Shown: positions 8,392-17,941 of the stretch, piece by piece | Layout of the letters: the number at the start of each line of letters is the position of its first letter | How positions within the stretch are numbered: the stretch's first letter is position 1 | Source: Candidatus Krumholzibacteriota bacterium | GTDB lineage: Bacteria > Krumholzibacteriota > Krumholzibacteriia > LZORAL124-64-63 | Assembly: GCA_039714075.1 (NCBI GenBank) | Contig: JBDLKA010000051.1 | Span: forward strand, 1-24,099 | Length of the DNA: 24,099 nucleotides | Direction: 5' to 3' | The notes under the pieces: generated by a model | Database searches by the model: none | Told to the model about the DNA's origin: nothing | Seen by the model: the letters and a program-made list of their open reading frames with translations, nothing else | Position numbers and translations under genes: made by a program

Positions 8392-10026
8392 TCACCAGCG
8401 AATCCCTGCTTCGGCCCAGAATGTGGGGACCGGTCCTCCTTCCAGCCCCCTTTCCGGATGCCGCAGTGAAACGGCTGCCTGAAGCCGCATCATTCGACCA
8501 AACCTTTCCAGGCCCAACACGGTTTCGGACCGCCAGAGCCCCCAGTGTCTGGGCAGGACCATTCCGGTCAGGGGACTGACGGCGCTGACCAGGTCCACCG
8601 GATCCCCCCAGGCGCTCACCCAGGTGCCGCGCAGCCTCCACCCCCTGCCGACGACCCGCCTCCCGCTCAGGCCGACCAGACTGCGGCGTCCGCCGGCCGA
8701 CCCGTTCTCCAGACTGTAGCTTCTGAGCATCAGCCGCCCGCGGCTCTGGTTCTCTTCAAAGACCACCTGGGCCGAAACAATGGTGCGATGGTACGGTTCT
8801 TGAGGCAATGGCGCCTGCCAGGGATACCTGACGGACCACTCCCACGCCGCGCGGGTGTCACGGCGAAAACGAAGAGCCAACTGCACAGCGGGTATCAGCT
8901 TTCTCGAACCCTGGAGATCGACCAGCATTTTGGTATTTCGGCTCCGCGTGCCCCTGCGATCCAGGTGGCGTCCCAGATGCAGCAGGGCCTTCAGGACAAC
9001 TCCCGAACCGGTGCGGGTGAATCCCCTGACGGCCAATCCCCGGCCCGCCCAACCGGGAAGCACGCCCGGCCGGCGGGACAGTTCCGGCGCCGCGGCCAGG
9101 TCGGCAAACCCGAATTGCCCTTCCAAGCCGGAACCTCGGACCGGGCTCCATTTAACCTGGACCACCGCGGCCCCTGCCGGAGGAACACCCGGTGCGGGCT
9201 TGAAAACCATAGCTTCGCAGCTGCCCGAAAAACGTCCCTTGGCTATTCCTGTCGACAAACTCGCCCCGCCGGCGGCATCCCGGTATTGACCCGCGACCGA
9301 CAGCCTCCAGTTTCCCCCTCGGACACCCACCTGGGCGGCGGTGTTGCGCAACCCACGATCAGGAACCCCCTCGCCGAGCCCCTCCCTGACAAACCTCAGG
9401 CTCCAGGATCCCAGCCGGACGGCTCCCCCGTAGCCGGAAAGCGCGCGCGGATCTTCCGCCCCGAGCCAGGTCACCAGCCGTTCCGCCGAGGGGCTGAAAC
9501 CTGAATCCGCGGCCAAGGTCGACCCTCGACCCGGAGGTCCCACCAGCAACCCGAAGCCGTGCGACAGACCCAGGTCCCCGATCCGCAACTCAACCGGCCC
9601 CGGTCCCAGTTCCACGACCCCCGTGGTCTCCCGCAGGCCTGACCGGTATTCACGGACCCTCCCCCGCACACGGAGCCAGGGGATTTCGAGGGATACCTTC
9701 CCGTAATGATCCAGGCCTTCGTCCCGGTAATGCCCCAACCGGTACTTGAAGGCCCCCTGAAACCAGCGTGGTACGGCAAATTTTCCCGAACCGGTCCCGC
9801 CCTCCTTTACCTCTGCCAAAAACCTGGCCAGATCCTCCCTGGTCGGGGGAACGCCGGCGGCGTTCAGGGTGCCGAGAGCTTCCTCGACCTCTTCAAGGTC
9901 ATCGGGGACCAGCGGACTGCCGCCGGTTTCTCCGGCATCGGCGACAGGTTCGACCTGACCTGCGGCCGAATCAGCCAGGAGGATGACCAGGGACAGCACC
10001 GCCCCGACCCAACGGTCATTCCTCAC
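8392..10026 (-). CDS. Predicted outer-membrane beta-barrel resembling FCB-group ComEA/helix-hairpin-helix-barrel proteins
   Basis: Start placed at GTG 10026, overlapping the upstream TGA. Signal peptide MRNDRWVGAVLSLVILLADSAAG, alternating amphipathic strands, motif IGDLGLSHGFGLL, C-terminal aromatic (AEAGIRW). Confidence 0.65.
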   Translation of the reverse strand: MRNDRWVGAVLSLVILLADSAAGQVEPVADAGETGGSPLVPDDLEEVEEALGTLNAAGVPPTREDLARFLAEVKEGGTGSGKFAVPRWFQGAFKYRLGHYRDEGLDHYGKVSLEIPWLRVRGRVREYRSGLRETTGVVELGPGPVELRIGDLGLSHGFGLLVGPPGRGSTLAADSGFSPSAERLVTWLGAEDPRALSGYGGAVRLGSWSLRFVREGLGEGVPDRGLRNTAAQVGVRGGNWRLSVAGQYRDAAGGASLSTGIAKGRFSGSCEAMVFKPAPGVPPAGAAVVQVKWSPVRGSGLEGQFGFADLAAAPELSRRPGVLPGWAGRGLAVRGFTRTGSGVVLKALLHLGRHLDRRGTRSRNTKMLVDLQGSRKLIPAVQLALRFRRDTRAAWEWSVRYPWQAPLPQEPYHRTIVSAQVVFEENQSRGRLMLRSYSLENGSAGGRRSLVGLSGRRVVGRGWRLRGTWVSAWGDPVDLVSAVSPLTGMVLPRHWGLWRSETVLGLERFGRMMRLQAAVSLRHPERGLEGGPVPTFWAEAGIRW

Positions 10027-10907
10027 CACGACGCTGCTCCGGGATCCCCAACGCCCAGTACAAACCTGTGCGTGACCCCCAGGGCGGGATGAACCAGATG
10101 GGAGGTCTGCAGCCACAAGCCCCCCACGCGTGCGGAGAGATTTCCGCCCATGCTTCCGGTATCGGGATCGACCAACCAACCCAGTCCCAGGTAAGGGGTC
10201 AGACGGCCCAGGATTTCCAGGGAGGGAACCGGCGCGCCATTTCCTTTCTGATCCACACGAACGGCCAATCCCGTACCTGAATAGAAAACCCGCAAATCCG
10301 CCAACGTCCGGCGGCCGCCGCGGCCATGCCAGCCCGGGATGTCGGTTGCGTGCAGCCAAAGTCCGATCTTGGCCCTGGCGGATTTTCCCATCCGCACCGA
10401 AAAGCCACCCTGAAACGCCGCTTCCCAGGCCGAGCCGGCCGGCACTTTAGCCACCAGCCAGCGCCGGAAACGAATACGGGCCGCCACCCACACTCTTTCC
10501 CCCGCCCGGATCCGCAACATCTTGGTGTCTTCCAGGTACAGACTTTCGCCGAGACGTTCCCAGGAAAATGCCACGGACAGGGGCCATATTTCGGACCGGT
10601 GAAGCCAGCCGCAATCCACGGACTTGAGGGGCAGATCCTGCAGGGAATACAATTGCCCCTGTCCGGCGCCAAGCCACCATCCCCAGCCGGTCGTGCCCGG
10701 TCGCGCCGGGCGGTCATTCCCCGGCGCGGAAGGCTCTGCTCCGGCAGGCGCCAGGACATGGGCCCGGTCGCTGATGGGCAGCAGCCAGCCGCCGCTGAAA
10801 TCACGCAATCCCTCCCCCTGGACAGCCGTGGGCTGGTGCCAGGAGACCAAAAGGACGGCGACCAGCAACTCGAGGCGCAGGGACCGTGGGACAAGCCGAC
10901 CCATCAT
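10023..10907 (-). CDS. Predicted small outer-membrane beta-barrel (PorV/PorQ-like, tentative)
   Basis: N-terminal signal peptide, amphipathic beta strands, C-terminal HPALGVTHRFVLG motif. 4-nt overlaps with both neighbours. Confidence 0.6.
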   Translation of the reverse strand: MMGRLVPRSLRLELLVAVLLVSWHQPTAVQGEGLRDFSGGWLLPISDRAHVLAPAGAEPSAPGNDRPARPGTTGWGWWLGAGQGQLYSLQDLPLKSVDCGWLHRSEIWPLSVAFSWERLGESLYLEDTKMLRIRAGERVWVAARIRFRRWLVAKVPAGSAWEAAFQGGFSVRMGKSARAKIGLWLHATDIPGWHGRGGRRTLADLRVFYSGTGLAVRVDQKGNGAPVPSLEILGRLTPYLGLGWLVDPDTGSMGGNLSARVGGLWLQTSHLVHPALGVTHRFVLGVGDPGAASW

Positions 10908-12673
10908 CGTACGACCATCAGGGCCTTTTCCCTGGCCAGGCGGTGATGGGAATGGTCCAGGGATTCCAGAAGAACCACGTACGCGCCCGGCCCCACGGGT
11001 TGCCCCTGGTCATCACGCCCATCCCACAACAGGTCGCGGGGCCCCGGACCCAGGTTTTCCCCACCCAGATCGCGGACCAGGCCGCCCCACAGATCGAACA
11101 CGCGCAGTTCCCAACCGGTTTGGCCCGGAGCCAGGGTGAACAGGAAATGGACCGCGGTGATTCCTCCCTCGGAATCAAGAATCCGCGGCTTGATGCTGAA
11201 TCCCAGGGAAGTTTCGCCAAAGGAGGCGACGCTGTTGGGGCATCCCGGAGTGGATCCCGCCTGCGCGGTACAGGGCGCCCAGTTGGAGGCCCCGGGGTTC
11301 CGCGGCACGGGGGCCATCCGTTCCAGGGACACACCGGGGTCACTGTCTCCACCGACCAGCGTGCCGGTACTCCCGAAGGTCACGTGGTCGATCACATCCC
11401 CGGTGGGCCCCGCCAGGTAGAGGCGGTCGGCAAAAGTGCGTGTCTCGGGAGGGGTATTGTTCAGGGACGGCCATCCCGTCAGGATGCGCTGCCGCGCGAT
11501 GGCCGGGTCGTGCCCGCAACCTGAAGTTCCCCCGGCAGCCGCGTTGTCCAGGTGCCAGTCCGCCAGGGCGACGGAATCCTGGGCCAGCACGACGAGTTCC
11601 CCCGGGTCCAGGCTGAGGTCCGGCAGAGGCCGCCAACTTCCTTCCTCGTCCCGCAGGGAATGGCCCGCCAGATCCACCGACCTGTTTCCCGCAGCCGCCA
11701 GTTCCACCCACTCCCCCTGACCGTGCCGGGGAGCTGCGAGAGCCTCGTTGATGATCAGGTCCCCAGGCCCCACCTGGAGGGAGGCGGGAATGAAGCCCAG
11801 GGAATCCGGACCCGTCGGCAGCGGAACCAGGATTTCCAGGGGTATGAGGCCACGTAACTCCGACCGGAAATTCCAGCTGATCATTCTTTCCTGGTCCGGA
11901 GGCAGACGGTCCAGATGGGAGATATTGTCCCTGCCCGCGACACGGAGCAGGATCGTACCCACCGGAAAGATCTCGGTCCCGTTGTTGCGCACCTGAAGAT
12001 TGAAGCGGACCTGCTGGCCCACCCGGTCGGTGGACGGTGGATCCAGTTCCCAGCCGGTCACCGCCAGGGAATAGGGGTGGAAGTTGGTCCGGCCCGGAGT
12101 CGGGTCGGCCAGCACGAAATCGAGCCTGTTGTTTCCGGTGTCCCGACCGTCGGGACGTCGGGACAAAGACCTGCCGGTCGCGGTTGCAGCCGGCTCCCCT
12201 TCCATCATGTCCTGATCCGTCAACGGTCCGTAACCCACCAGGTCAAGAACCAGTTCCTCGCGGACCAGCCTCAGGGCATCCGGGCCGTTCTGGAGTCCGA
12301 GGTTCACCTGGGCCTGGCCGGGTGGCTCGCCGAGCCAGTTCCGATCAACGATCAGGAACCGGGCGGACGACTCCAGCCAGGAACCCTCCTCGCCCGTCCA
12401 CCGGGTCAGCCAGAAGGGACCATCGGCTCCGTTGCCGAATTGCAGCAGGACTCCGTTCAGGGACACCGCATCCGGTCCCGTGTTCAACAATTCGACAAAT
12501 TCCCGCCCCCCGTCACTGCCGGCGGGGTCGGGAAGCAATTCATTGATGACCAGAGCGCCCCAGGACGCGCCAGGAGCCAAAGCCGCCCACAGCGCAAACA
12601 CGGCCCGGGGCAGACCCTTGCGGAACGTATAGGCCCCAGGAGAGGTCTCTGGAGACCCGTGGAAAAAGCCCAT
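10904..12673 (-). CDS. Secreted lamin-tail-domain protein (2x LTD, Ig/CARDB-like domain, FlgD-Ig/T9SS-type C-terminal domain)
   Basis: LVINELLPDP..EFVELLN and LIINEALAAP..EWVELA (LTD starts), PTPG/STPG LTD ends, C-terminal LRVFDLWGGLVRDL..WDGRDDQGQPVGPGAYVV. Exact start uncertain (no clear RBS). Confidence 0.85.
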   Translation of the reverse strand: MGFFHGSPETSPGAYTFRKGLPRAVFALWAALAPGASWGALVINELLPDPAGSDGGREFVELLNTGPDAVSLNGVLLQFGNGADGPFWLTRWTGEEGSWLESSARFLIVDRNWLGEPPGQAQVNLGLQNGPDALRLVREELVLDLVGYGPLTDQDMMEGEPAATATGRSLSRRPDGRDTGNNRLDFVLADPTPGRTNFHPYSLAVTGWELDPPSTDRVGQQVRFNLQVRNNGTEIFPVGTILLRVAGRDNISHLDRLPPDQERMISWNFRSELRGLIPLEILVPLPTGPDSLGFIPASLQVGPGDLIINEALAAPRHGQGEWVELAAAGNRSVDLAGHSLRDEEGSWRPLPDLSLDPGELVVLAQDSVALADWHLDNAAAGGTSGCGHDPAIARQRILTGWPSLNNTPPETRTFADRLYLAGPTGDVIDHVTFGSTGTLVGGDSDPGVSLERMAPVPRNPGASNWAPCTAQAGSTPGCPNSVASFGETSLGFSIKPRILDSEGGITAVHFLFTLAPGQTGWELRVFDLWGGLVRDLGGENLGPGPRDLLWDGRDDQGQPVGPGAYVVLLESLDHSHHRLAREKALMVVR

Positions 12674-12750
12674 TGCGAAAACACATTCCGGGAGGAAAAC
12701 GAGGGAGGGTGAAACAGGGATCGGGCCGGGCCCGCAGAACCGTCCGGGTC

Positions 12751-15105
12751 CTACAAAAGCCCGTTACGTCTTCTGAGGAACCATTCCAATCCCAGCAGGG
12801 CCGTCACCAGGACCAGAAACGGCCAGCCGGACCAGAAATCCAATCGGCTGCGCCGGGACACCTGACCACCGGTCCAATCCCGGTCTTTCAGATCCTGCAA
12901 CAGCCGGGCCCGCGATCCGGAATCCCGGGCAAGGTATAATTCGCCCGCACGGCGTTCGGCCACCTGGGCCAGGCGGCGGCGATCCATCCGCACCTGGGTC
13001 GCTTCGATGGAGTGGCCCGCAACCACCAGACTCTCGGTCCGCCCCATGACCGGTGGATCGCCCTGGCCGACCAACTGCACCGTATATCCGCCGGGGGGAA
13101 GGGGCGGCAGAACGACTTCGGCAATTCCCGAGGACAGATCCGTACGGGAAAGGGCGAAGGTCCGGACCCGGCCCGAATCGGTTCCGGCGTCCGCGGACCG
13201 CAACTGCAGGGACAGCTTCTGATCGATGACCGGGCGCCCGCGCATGTCCCGCCATTGGGCGGCCAGTCTGATTCTTTCCCCCTCCTGAAAGACCGCCTGC
13301 CGTCCGGTGAACACCAGCCCCGAGTTTTCCTCACCGGCGGACGTCCAGACCAGGAGATTGCGCAAAAGACGAGCCCCGACGGGATCACCAACACCACCAC
13401 CGCTTTCGGGCCGACCTTGGCCCGTGGGAGAATGACTCCAGAAGGCCAGTTCCCACAACCGCCGTCCCCCGAACCAGGCCACCCTGCCCTCACCCACCCG
13501 GTCGACAACCAGCAAGGGATGGGCGACATCGCCGGACGACGAATCCCGGCGCCGGCCCGACAACAGGACCGTGGCTCCCGGTCGGACCCCGGTTTCAATG
13601 ATGCGCCGCAGCGGCGGCAGCGTATCCAATCCCTGGTCCGCAATAATGTCCCCGGGACCGAACAGGCCGTCCAGGATGGGGTGGCCTGCCTGGGAGGCTA
13701 CCGCGGCGACAAACAAAGGTCCCGTCCCCCAACGCCAACCCGTGGTCTGGACAGGCAGCAGGCCGGCCAGCGTTTCCGGAGGAACATCCGGGCCCCGGGT
13801 CCCGCCGGCGGCAGCGCCCGGAAGCACCATCAACCCCAGACCCTTTTCCACGGCGGCGCGCAGGGGCTCCCAGTCCGCCACGGACAGCGCCCCGGCCCAG
13901 TCTGAAATGATGACGCCGTCCCAGACCGACCAACCCGCGGCGTCCGCGGGTCCCGACCAGGGAACCAGACTGTCTGCAAAGACCAGGCCGTTCCCGGCAG
14001 GGAAGACGACCTCCAGTCTGATCCTTTCCTCGCCGGCGGCGGCCTGCGCCAGGAACCGCGTATCCCAGCCGGGGACCCCCGTCAGCAGAAGAAGGCGGGC
14101 TCTTTCCTTGCGCACGTCAATGGCCAGGGACGCCTTGTTGTTGTCCAGGAAACGTTCGTTGTCCAGGGGCGACACCTCCAGTCGGTAGACCTGAAGCCCC
14201 GTTCCTTCGGGTTGGAAATCCAGGGACACGGGAACGACCCGGTCAGCCACAGGTACCGTCTTTTCAGTCACCACACCTTCGGGCCCCATAAGACGCACCC
14301 TCAGTGAGGACCCCTCGGCCCCATCGGCAAAACGGTGGTCCACCGAAAACTCGACCTGGATTTCGTCGCCTTCATAGGCGGTATCGGGATAGCGGAGATC
14401 CTTGATGATCCGGTCGGCGGTGCCCTGCGGATCCCCCACTCCGACCACCCGCAGCGGAATGGTACCTCCCGGATCACCCACCGTCCCGCCGGCCTCCGAC
14501 TCCTGCCCCGACAGCAGGCGCCCGCCCGGTCCGGCTCCCCGGGTTTCCTGTCCGTCACTGATCAGAACCGCGGCGCGGACCGAGCGACCGACCATCCTGT
14601 CGTCCGCCTGCCGCAGCAATCCGGCCAGATGGGTCCCGTGGGCCGTCGGGGGCGGAATGACCGGATCGGCGAGCCGGAACTCACGGAGGGGATCCAGGCC
14701 GTTGCCCCGCAGGAAGACAATTTCAACCGGAGGATCTTTGACAGCGAAAGCGGAATCCAGAAGCGCCGCCCACTCCAGGGCATTGTTCCAGCGGCTGGCC
14801 GGACCGGCCGGATCACCGGCCGGATCGTCGCTGTCCGCTATGGCCATGCTTCCGGAATCCTCGAGCACCACCACCAGTTCCGCCGGAACGTGGTCGCTGC
14901 GCAGGAGGGAAAACACCGGCCCGGCGATGGCGGCGACCAGCAGGACCAGGACCACAGACCGCAATAGGACCAGACCCCGCCGCAGCCGGGTGCCGGGACG
15001 GGGAACGGTCCGCCCGTAGGCGGCCAACGCCAAGAAAACGGCCCCTGCAGCTACGACCAGCAGCAGGGGCCACATCCAGGCGGGGGTTGACCAGTGGACA
15101 CCCAC
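12751..15105 (-). CDS. Membrane-anchored vWA-domain protein with Ig-like and glutamine-amidotransferase-like domains
   Basis: Two N-terminal TM helices, MIDAS DxSxS (LEDSGSM) and LISDGQ, EGRVAWF segment, C-terminal TM ending LLGLEWFLRRRNGLL. Confidence 0.85.
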   Translation of the reverse strand: MGVHWSTPAWMWPLLLVVAAGAVFLALAAYGRTVPRPGTRLRRGLVLLRSVVLVLLVAAIAGPVFSLLRSDHVPAELVVVLEDSGSMAIADSDDPAGDPAGPASRWNNALEWAALLDSAFAVKDPPVEIVFLRGNGLDPLREFRLADPVIPPPTAHGTHLAGLLRQADDRMVGRSVRAAVLISDGQETRGAGPGGRLLSGQESEAGGTVGDPGGTIPLRVVGVGDPQGTADRIIKDLRYPDTAYEGDEIQVEFSVDHRFADGAEGSSLRVRLMGPEGVVTEKTVPVADRVVPVSLDFQPEGTGLQVYRLEVSPLDNERFLDNNKASLAIDVRKERARLLLLTGVPGWDTRFLAQAAAGEERIRLEVVFPAGNGLVFADSLVPWSGPADAAGWSVWDGVIISDWAGALSVADWEPLRAAVEKGLGLMVLPGAAAGGTRGPDVPPETLAGLLPVQTTGWRWGTGPLFVAAVASQAGHPILDGLFGPGDIIADQGLDTLPPLRRIIETGVRPGATVLLSGRRRDSSSGDVAHPLLVVDRVGEGRVAWFGGRRLWELAFWSHSPTGQGRPESGGGVGDPVGARLLRNLLVWTSAGEENSGLVFTGRQAVFQEGERIRLAAQWRDMRGRPVIDQKLSLQLRSADAGTDSGRVRTFALSRTDLSSGIAEVVLPPLPPGGYTVQLVGQGDPPVMGRTESLVVAGHSIEATQVRMDRRRLAQVAERRAGELYLARDSGSRARLLQDLKDRDWTGGQVSRRSRLDFWSGWPFLVLVTALLGLEWFLRRRNGLL

Positions 15106-15111
15106 GCGCGG

Positions 15112-17805
15112 CTACTTTCCGTCCTCGAGCTTCTCCTGGACCACGACCTGCGCCGCGGCCAGACGGGCGATGGGCACCCGGAAGGGAGAACAACTCACAT
15201 AATCCAACCCGACCTTGTGGCAGAAGGCCACACTGCTGGGGTCGCCCCCGTGCTCGCCGCAGATACCCAGATGGATATCGGGGTTGGTTTTCCGGCCCTT
15301 GACGGCGGCCATTTCGACCAACTGCCCCACCCCGGTCTGATCCAGCTGCTGGAACGGGTCGCTGGGCAGGATACCCTGGCGGACATAATCCGGCAGGAAC
15401 ACGCCCGCGTCGTCCCGGCTGTAACCGAAGGTCATCTGGGTCAGGTCGTTGGTGCCGAAGCTGAAGAAGTCGGCGACCTCGGCCATCCGGTCGGCCAACA
15501 GGGCGGCGCGCGGAATCTCGATCATGGTCCCGACCAGGTAGTCCACCTTCAGGTCCATGGCGGTCATGACCTCTTCGGCAACCCGGAGGGTCATCTTCCG
15601 CAGGTCACCCAGTTCGCGCTGGGCGCCGGTCAGCGGGATCATGATCTCCGGCTGGACATCCACGCCGTCCTTCTTCACCACGATGGCCGCGCCGATGATG
15701 GCCTCGACCTGCATCTCGTAGATCTCGGGGTAGGTCAGACCCAGGCGACAGCCCCGGTGGCCCAGCATGGGATTGCTCTCATGGAGGGCTTCCACTTTCC
15801 GCTGGATCGTCTCCAGGGGCACGCCCATCTCCTTGGCCAGGGCTTCCTTTTCCTCGGTCTCGTGAGGCAGGAATTCGTGCAGAGGAGGGTCCAACAGCCG
15901 GATGGTCACCGGCAACCCGTCCATGGCCCGGAAGATGCCTTCGAAATCATCCTGCTGCATGGGCTTGATCTTGACCAGGGCGGCCCGGCGGGCGGTTTCG
16001 TCGTCGGCCAGGATCATCTCGCGCATCTTCATGATGCGATCCTCGCCGAAGAACATGTGCTCGGTCCGGGTCAGCCCGATGCCCTGGGCGCCGAACTCGA
16101 TGGCCTGGCGCGCGTCGTGCGGCGTATCGGCATTGGTCCGCACCTTCAGGCGGCGGACTTCGTCAGCCCAGCCCATGACCTTCAGGAGATTGGGATCGTC
16201 CAGGTGCGGCGGCACCAGGGCCGGGGCCCCGGCGATCACCGAACCGTCGGTCCCGTTGATCGTCACGTTGTCACCGGCCTTGAAGGTCTGACCACCGATG
16301 GTCATCTCCCCCTTGGCAGTGTCGACGAAAAGATCGCCGCAACCTGCCACGCAAGGTTTCCCCATGCCGCGGGCCACCACGGCGGCGTGGCTGGTCATGC
16401 CGCCCCGGCTGGTCAGGATCCCCTGGGCCACGTTCATGCCGGCGATGTCCTCGGGACTGGTTTCCCGGCGGACGAGCAGGACCTTGCGGCCTTCCGCGGC
16501 CACGGCCACGGCGGCTTCGGCGCTGAAGACGACCTCGCCCTGCCCCGCGCCCGGGGAGGCGGGCAACCCGACGCCGAGAACCTCGACCTGCGCGTCGGAA
16601 TCGATCTGATCGTGCAGCATCTGGTCCAAATGGTCCGGCTCGACCAGCAACAGGGCCTCGTCGGTGGTCACCAGACCCTCGGCCTGCATTTCGGCGGCGA
16701 TGCGGATGGCGGCCACGCCGGTGCGCTTGCCGTGCCGGGTCTGCAACATCCACAGGCGCCCGTCCTGGATCGTGAATTCCACATCCTGCATATTCTTGTA
16801 GTGGTTCTCCAGCCGGGTGCGGATCTCCTCCAGGGAGGCGTAGGCCTCAGGCATGGCTTCCTCGAGGGTCGGCAGGTCCTTGGCCTCGTTTCCGGCAGGC
16901 AGTTTGTCCCGGCCGGCGTTGTTGATCTGCTGGGGAGTTCTGGTGCCGGCCACCACGTCCTCGCCCTGGGCGTCGATCAGGAATTCACCGTAGAAACTGT
17001 TCTCTCCCGAAGAGGGATCACGGGTGAAGGCGACGCCGGTGGCGCTGTTTTCCCCCATGTTTCCGAACACCATGGCCTGGACGTTCACCGCGGTGCCCCA
17101 GTCCCCGGGGATGTGGTTGATGCGGCGGTATTCGATGGCCCGCTTGGCGAACCAGCTCTCGAAGACCGCGCTGATACCGCCCCACAACTGCTCGAAGGGA
17201 TCGGTGGGGAAGGGCTGGCCCGTTTCACTCTGCACGATGCCCTTGAAGGTGGAAATGAGTTCCTTGAGGTCGTCCACGGACAGTTCGGTGTCCAGTTTGA
17301 CGCCACGGGCGGATTTGATTTCATCGATGGCGTGCTCGAACAGGTGGGCGTCCGCCCCCATCACCACGTCGCCGTACATCTGGATCAGGCGGCGGTAGCT
17401 GTCGAAGGCGAACCGTCCGTTGCCGCTGTGGGACGCCAGGCCCTGGACCGTGTCGTCGTTCAAACCCAGGTTCAGGACGGTGTCCATCATGCCGGGCATG
17501 GAAACCCGGGCTCCCGAGCGCACCGAAAACAGCAGGGGCTCGGCCGGGTCGGCGAATTTCTGGCCCATGACGGCCTCGACCTTGCCGAGAGCCTCCTTGA
17601 CGTCCGCTTTCAGGGCGTCGCCCAGTTCCTTGGAATTCTGGTACTCGATACATTGTTCGGTGGTCACGGTGAAGCCGGGGGGAACCGGGACACCCAGGCT
17701 GACCATTTCGGCCAGATTCGCTCCCTTGCCGCCCAACAGGTTTTTCATGCCGGTATGCCCGTCAGCCTGCCCGTCTCCGAAAAAATACACCCTCTTGCCG
17801 CTCAT
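15112..17805 (-). CDS. ppdK: Pyruvate, phosphate dikinase
   Basis: LLGGKGANLAEM, SVRSGARVSMPGMMDT, phospho-His motif GGMTSHAAVVARG, SFGTNDLTQ, GICGEHGGDP. Start trimmed to ATG 17805 (MSGKRVYFFG) with GGGAG RBS. Confidence 0.98.
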   Translation of the reverse strand: MSGKRVYFFGDGQADGHTGMKNLLGGKGANLAEMVSLGVPVPPGFTVTTEQCIEYQNSKELGDALKADVKEALGKVEAVMGQKFADPAEPLLFSVRSGARVSMPGMMDTVLNLGLNDDTVQGLASHSGNGRFAFDSYRRLIQMYGDVVMGADAHLFEHAIDEIKSARGVKLDTELSVDDLKELISTFKGIVQSETGQPFPTDPFEQLWGGISAVFESWFAKRAIEYRRINHIPGDWGTAVNVQAMVFGNMGENSATGVAFTRDPSSGENSFYGEFLIDAQGEDVVAGTRTPQQINNAGRDKLPAGNEAKDLPTLEEAMPEAYASLEEIRTRLENHYKNMQDVEFTIQDGRLWMLQTRHGKRTGVAAIRIAAEMQAEGLVTTDEALLLVEPDHLDQMLHDQIDSDAQVEVLGVGLPASPGAGQGEVVFSAEAAVAVAAEGRKVLLVRRETSPEDIAGMNVAQGILTSRGGMTSHAAVVARGMGKPCVAGCGDLFVDTAKGEMTIGGQTFKAGDNVTINGTDGSVIAGAPALVPPHLDDPNLLKVMGWADEVRRLKVRTNADTPHDARQAIEFGAQGIGLTRTEHMFFGEDRIMKMREMILADDETARRAALVKIKPMQQDDFEGIFRAMDGLPVTIRLLDPPLHEFLPHETEEKEALAKEMGVPLETIQRKVEALHESNPMLGHRGCRLGLTYPEIYEMQVEAIIGAAIVVKKDGVDVQPEIMIPLTGAQRELGDLRKMTLRVAEEVMTAMDLKVDYLVGTMIEIPRAALLADRMAEVADFFSFGTNDLTQMTFGYSRDDAGVFLPDYVRQGILPSDPFQQLDQTGVGQLVEMAAVKGRKTNPDIHLGICGEHGGDPSSVAFCHKVGLDYVSCSPFRVPIARLAAAQVVVQEKLEDGK

Positions 17806-17845
17806 GATCACTCCCAGGATTGTTGATGGATTCAAGGTAATGCGG

Positions 17846-17919
17846 ACGGCCGGAAACCGTTCACCACGGCCGGCCGTGCCCGTTTCCCAACGGGCAGGTA
17901 ACCGACTTGAAAGGTAGCA
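17846..17919 (-). promoter_or_regulatory. Candidate extended -10 promoter and structured 5' leader of ppdK
   Basis: TGcTACCTT at 17919-17911 with no good -35. Hairpins TGCCCGTT-GGGA-AACGGGCA (17896-17877) and ACGGCCGG...CCGGCCGT (17877-17846). Confidence 0.45.
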
Positions 17920-17941
17920 CCGCAAAGCCCCCCCCGGTAGG

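Noticed and set aside
10027..10359. N-terminal extension of the 655-aa ORF (likewise extensions of ppdK to 17925, the aminotransferase to 6596, rpiB to 1351 and the lipoprotein to 23023)
   Set aside because: These overlap neighbouring genes or regulatory DNA; downstream starts have an RBS, translational coupling or a properly placed signal peptide.
15094..17826. 910-aa plus-strand ORF, and similar long plus-strand ORFs at 48-848, 2530-4335, 5316-6602 and 18698-20395
   Set aside because: Antisense shadows of well-supported minus-strand genes, expected from GC-rich codon bias; no recognisable motifs.
17928..17935. C8 homopolymer upstream of the candidate ppdK -10 as a phase-variable spacer
   Set aside because: Short for slippage in a GC-rich genome, and there is no credible -35 whose spacing it would alter.
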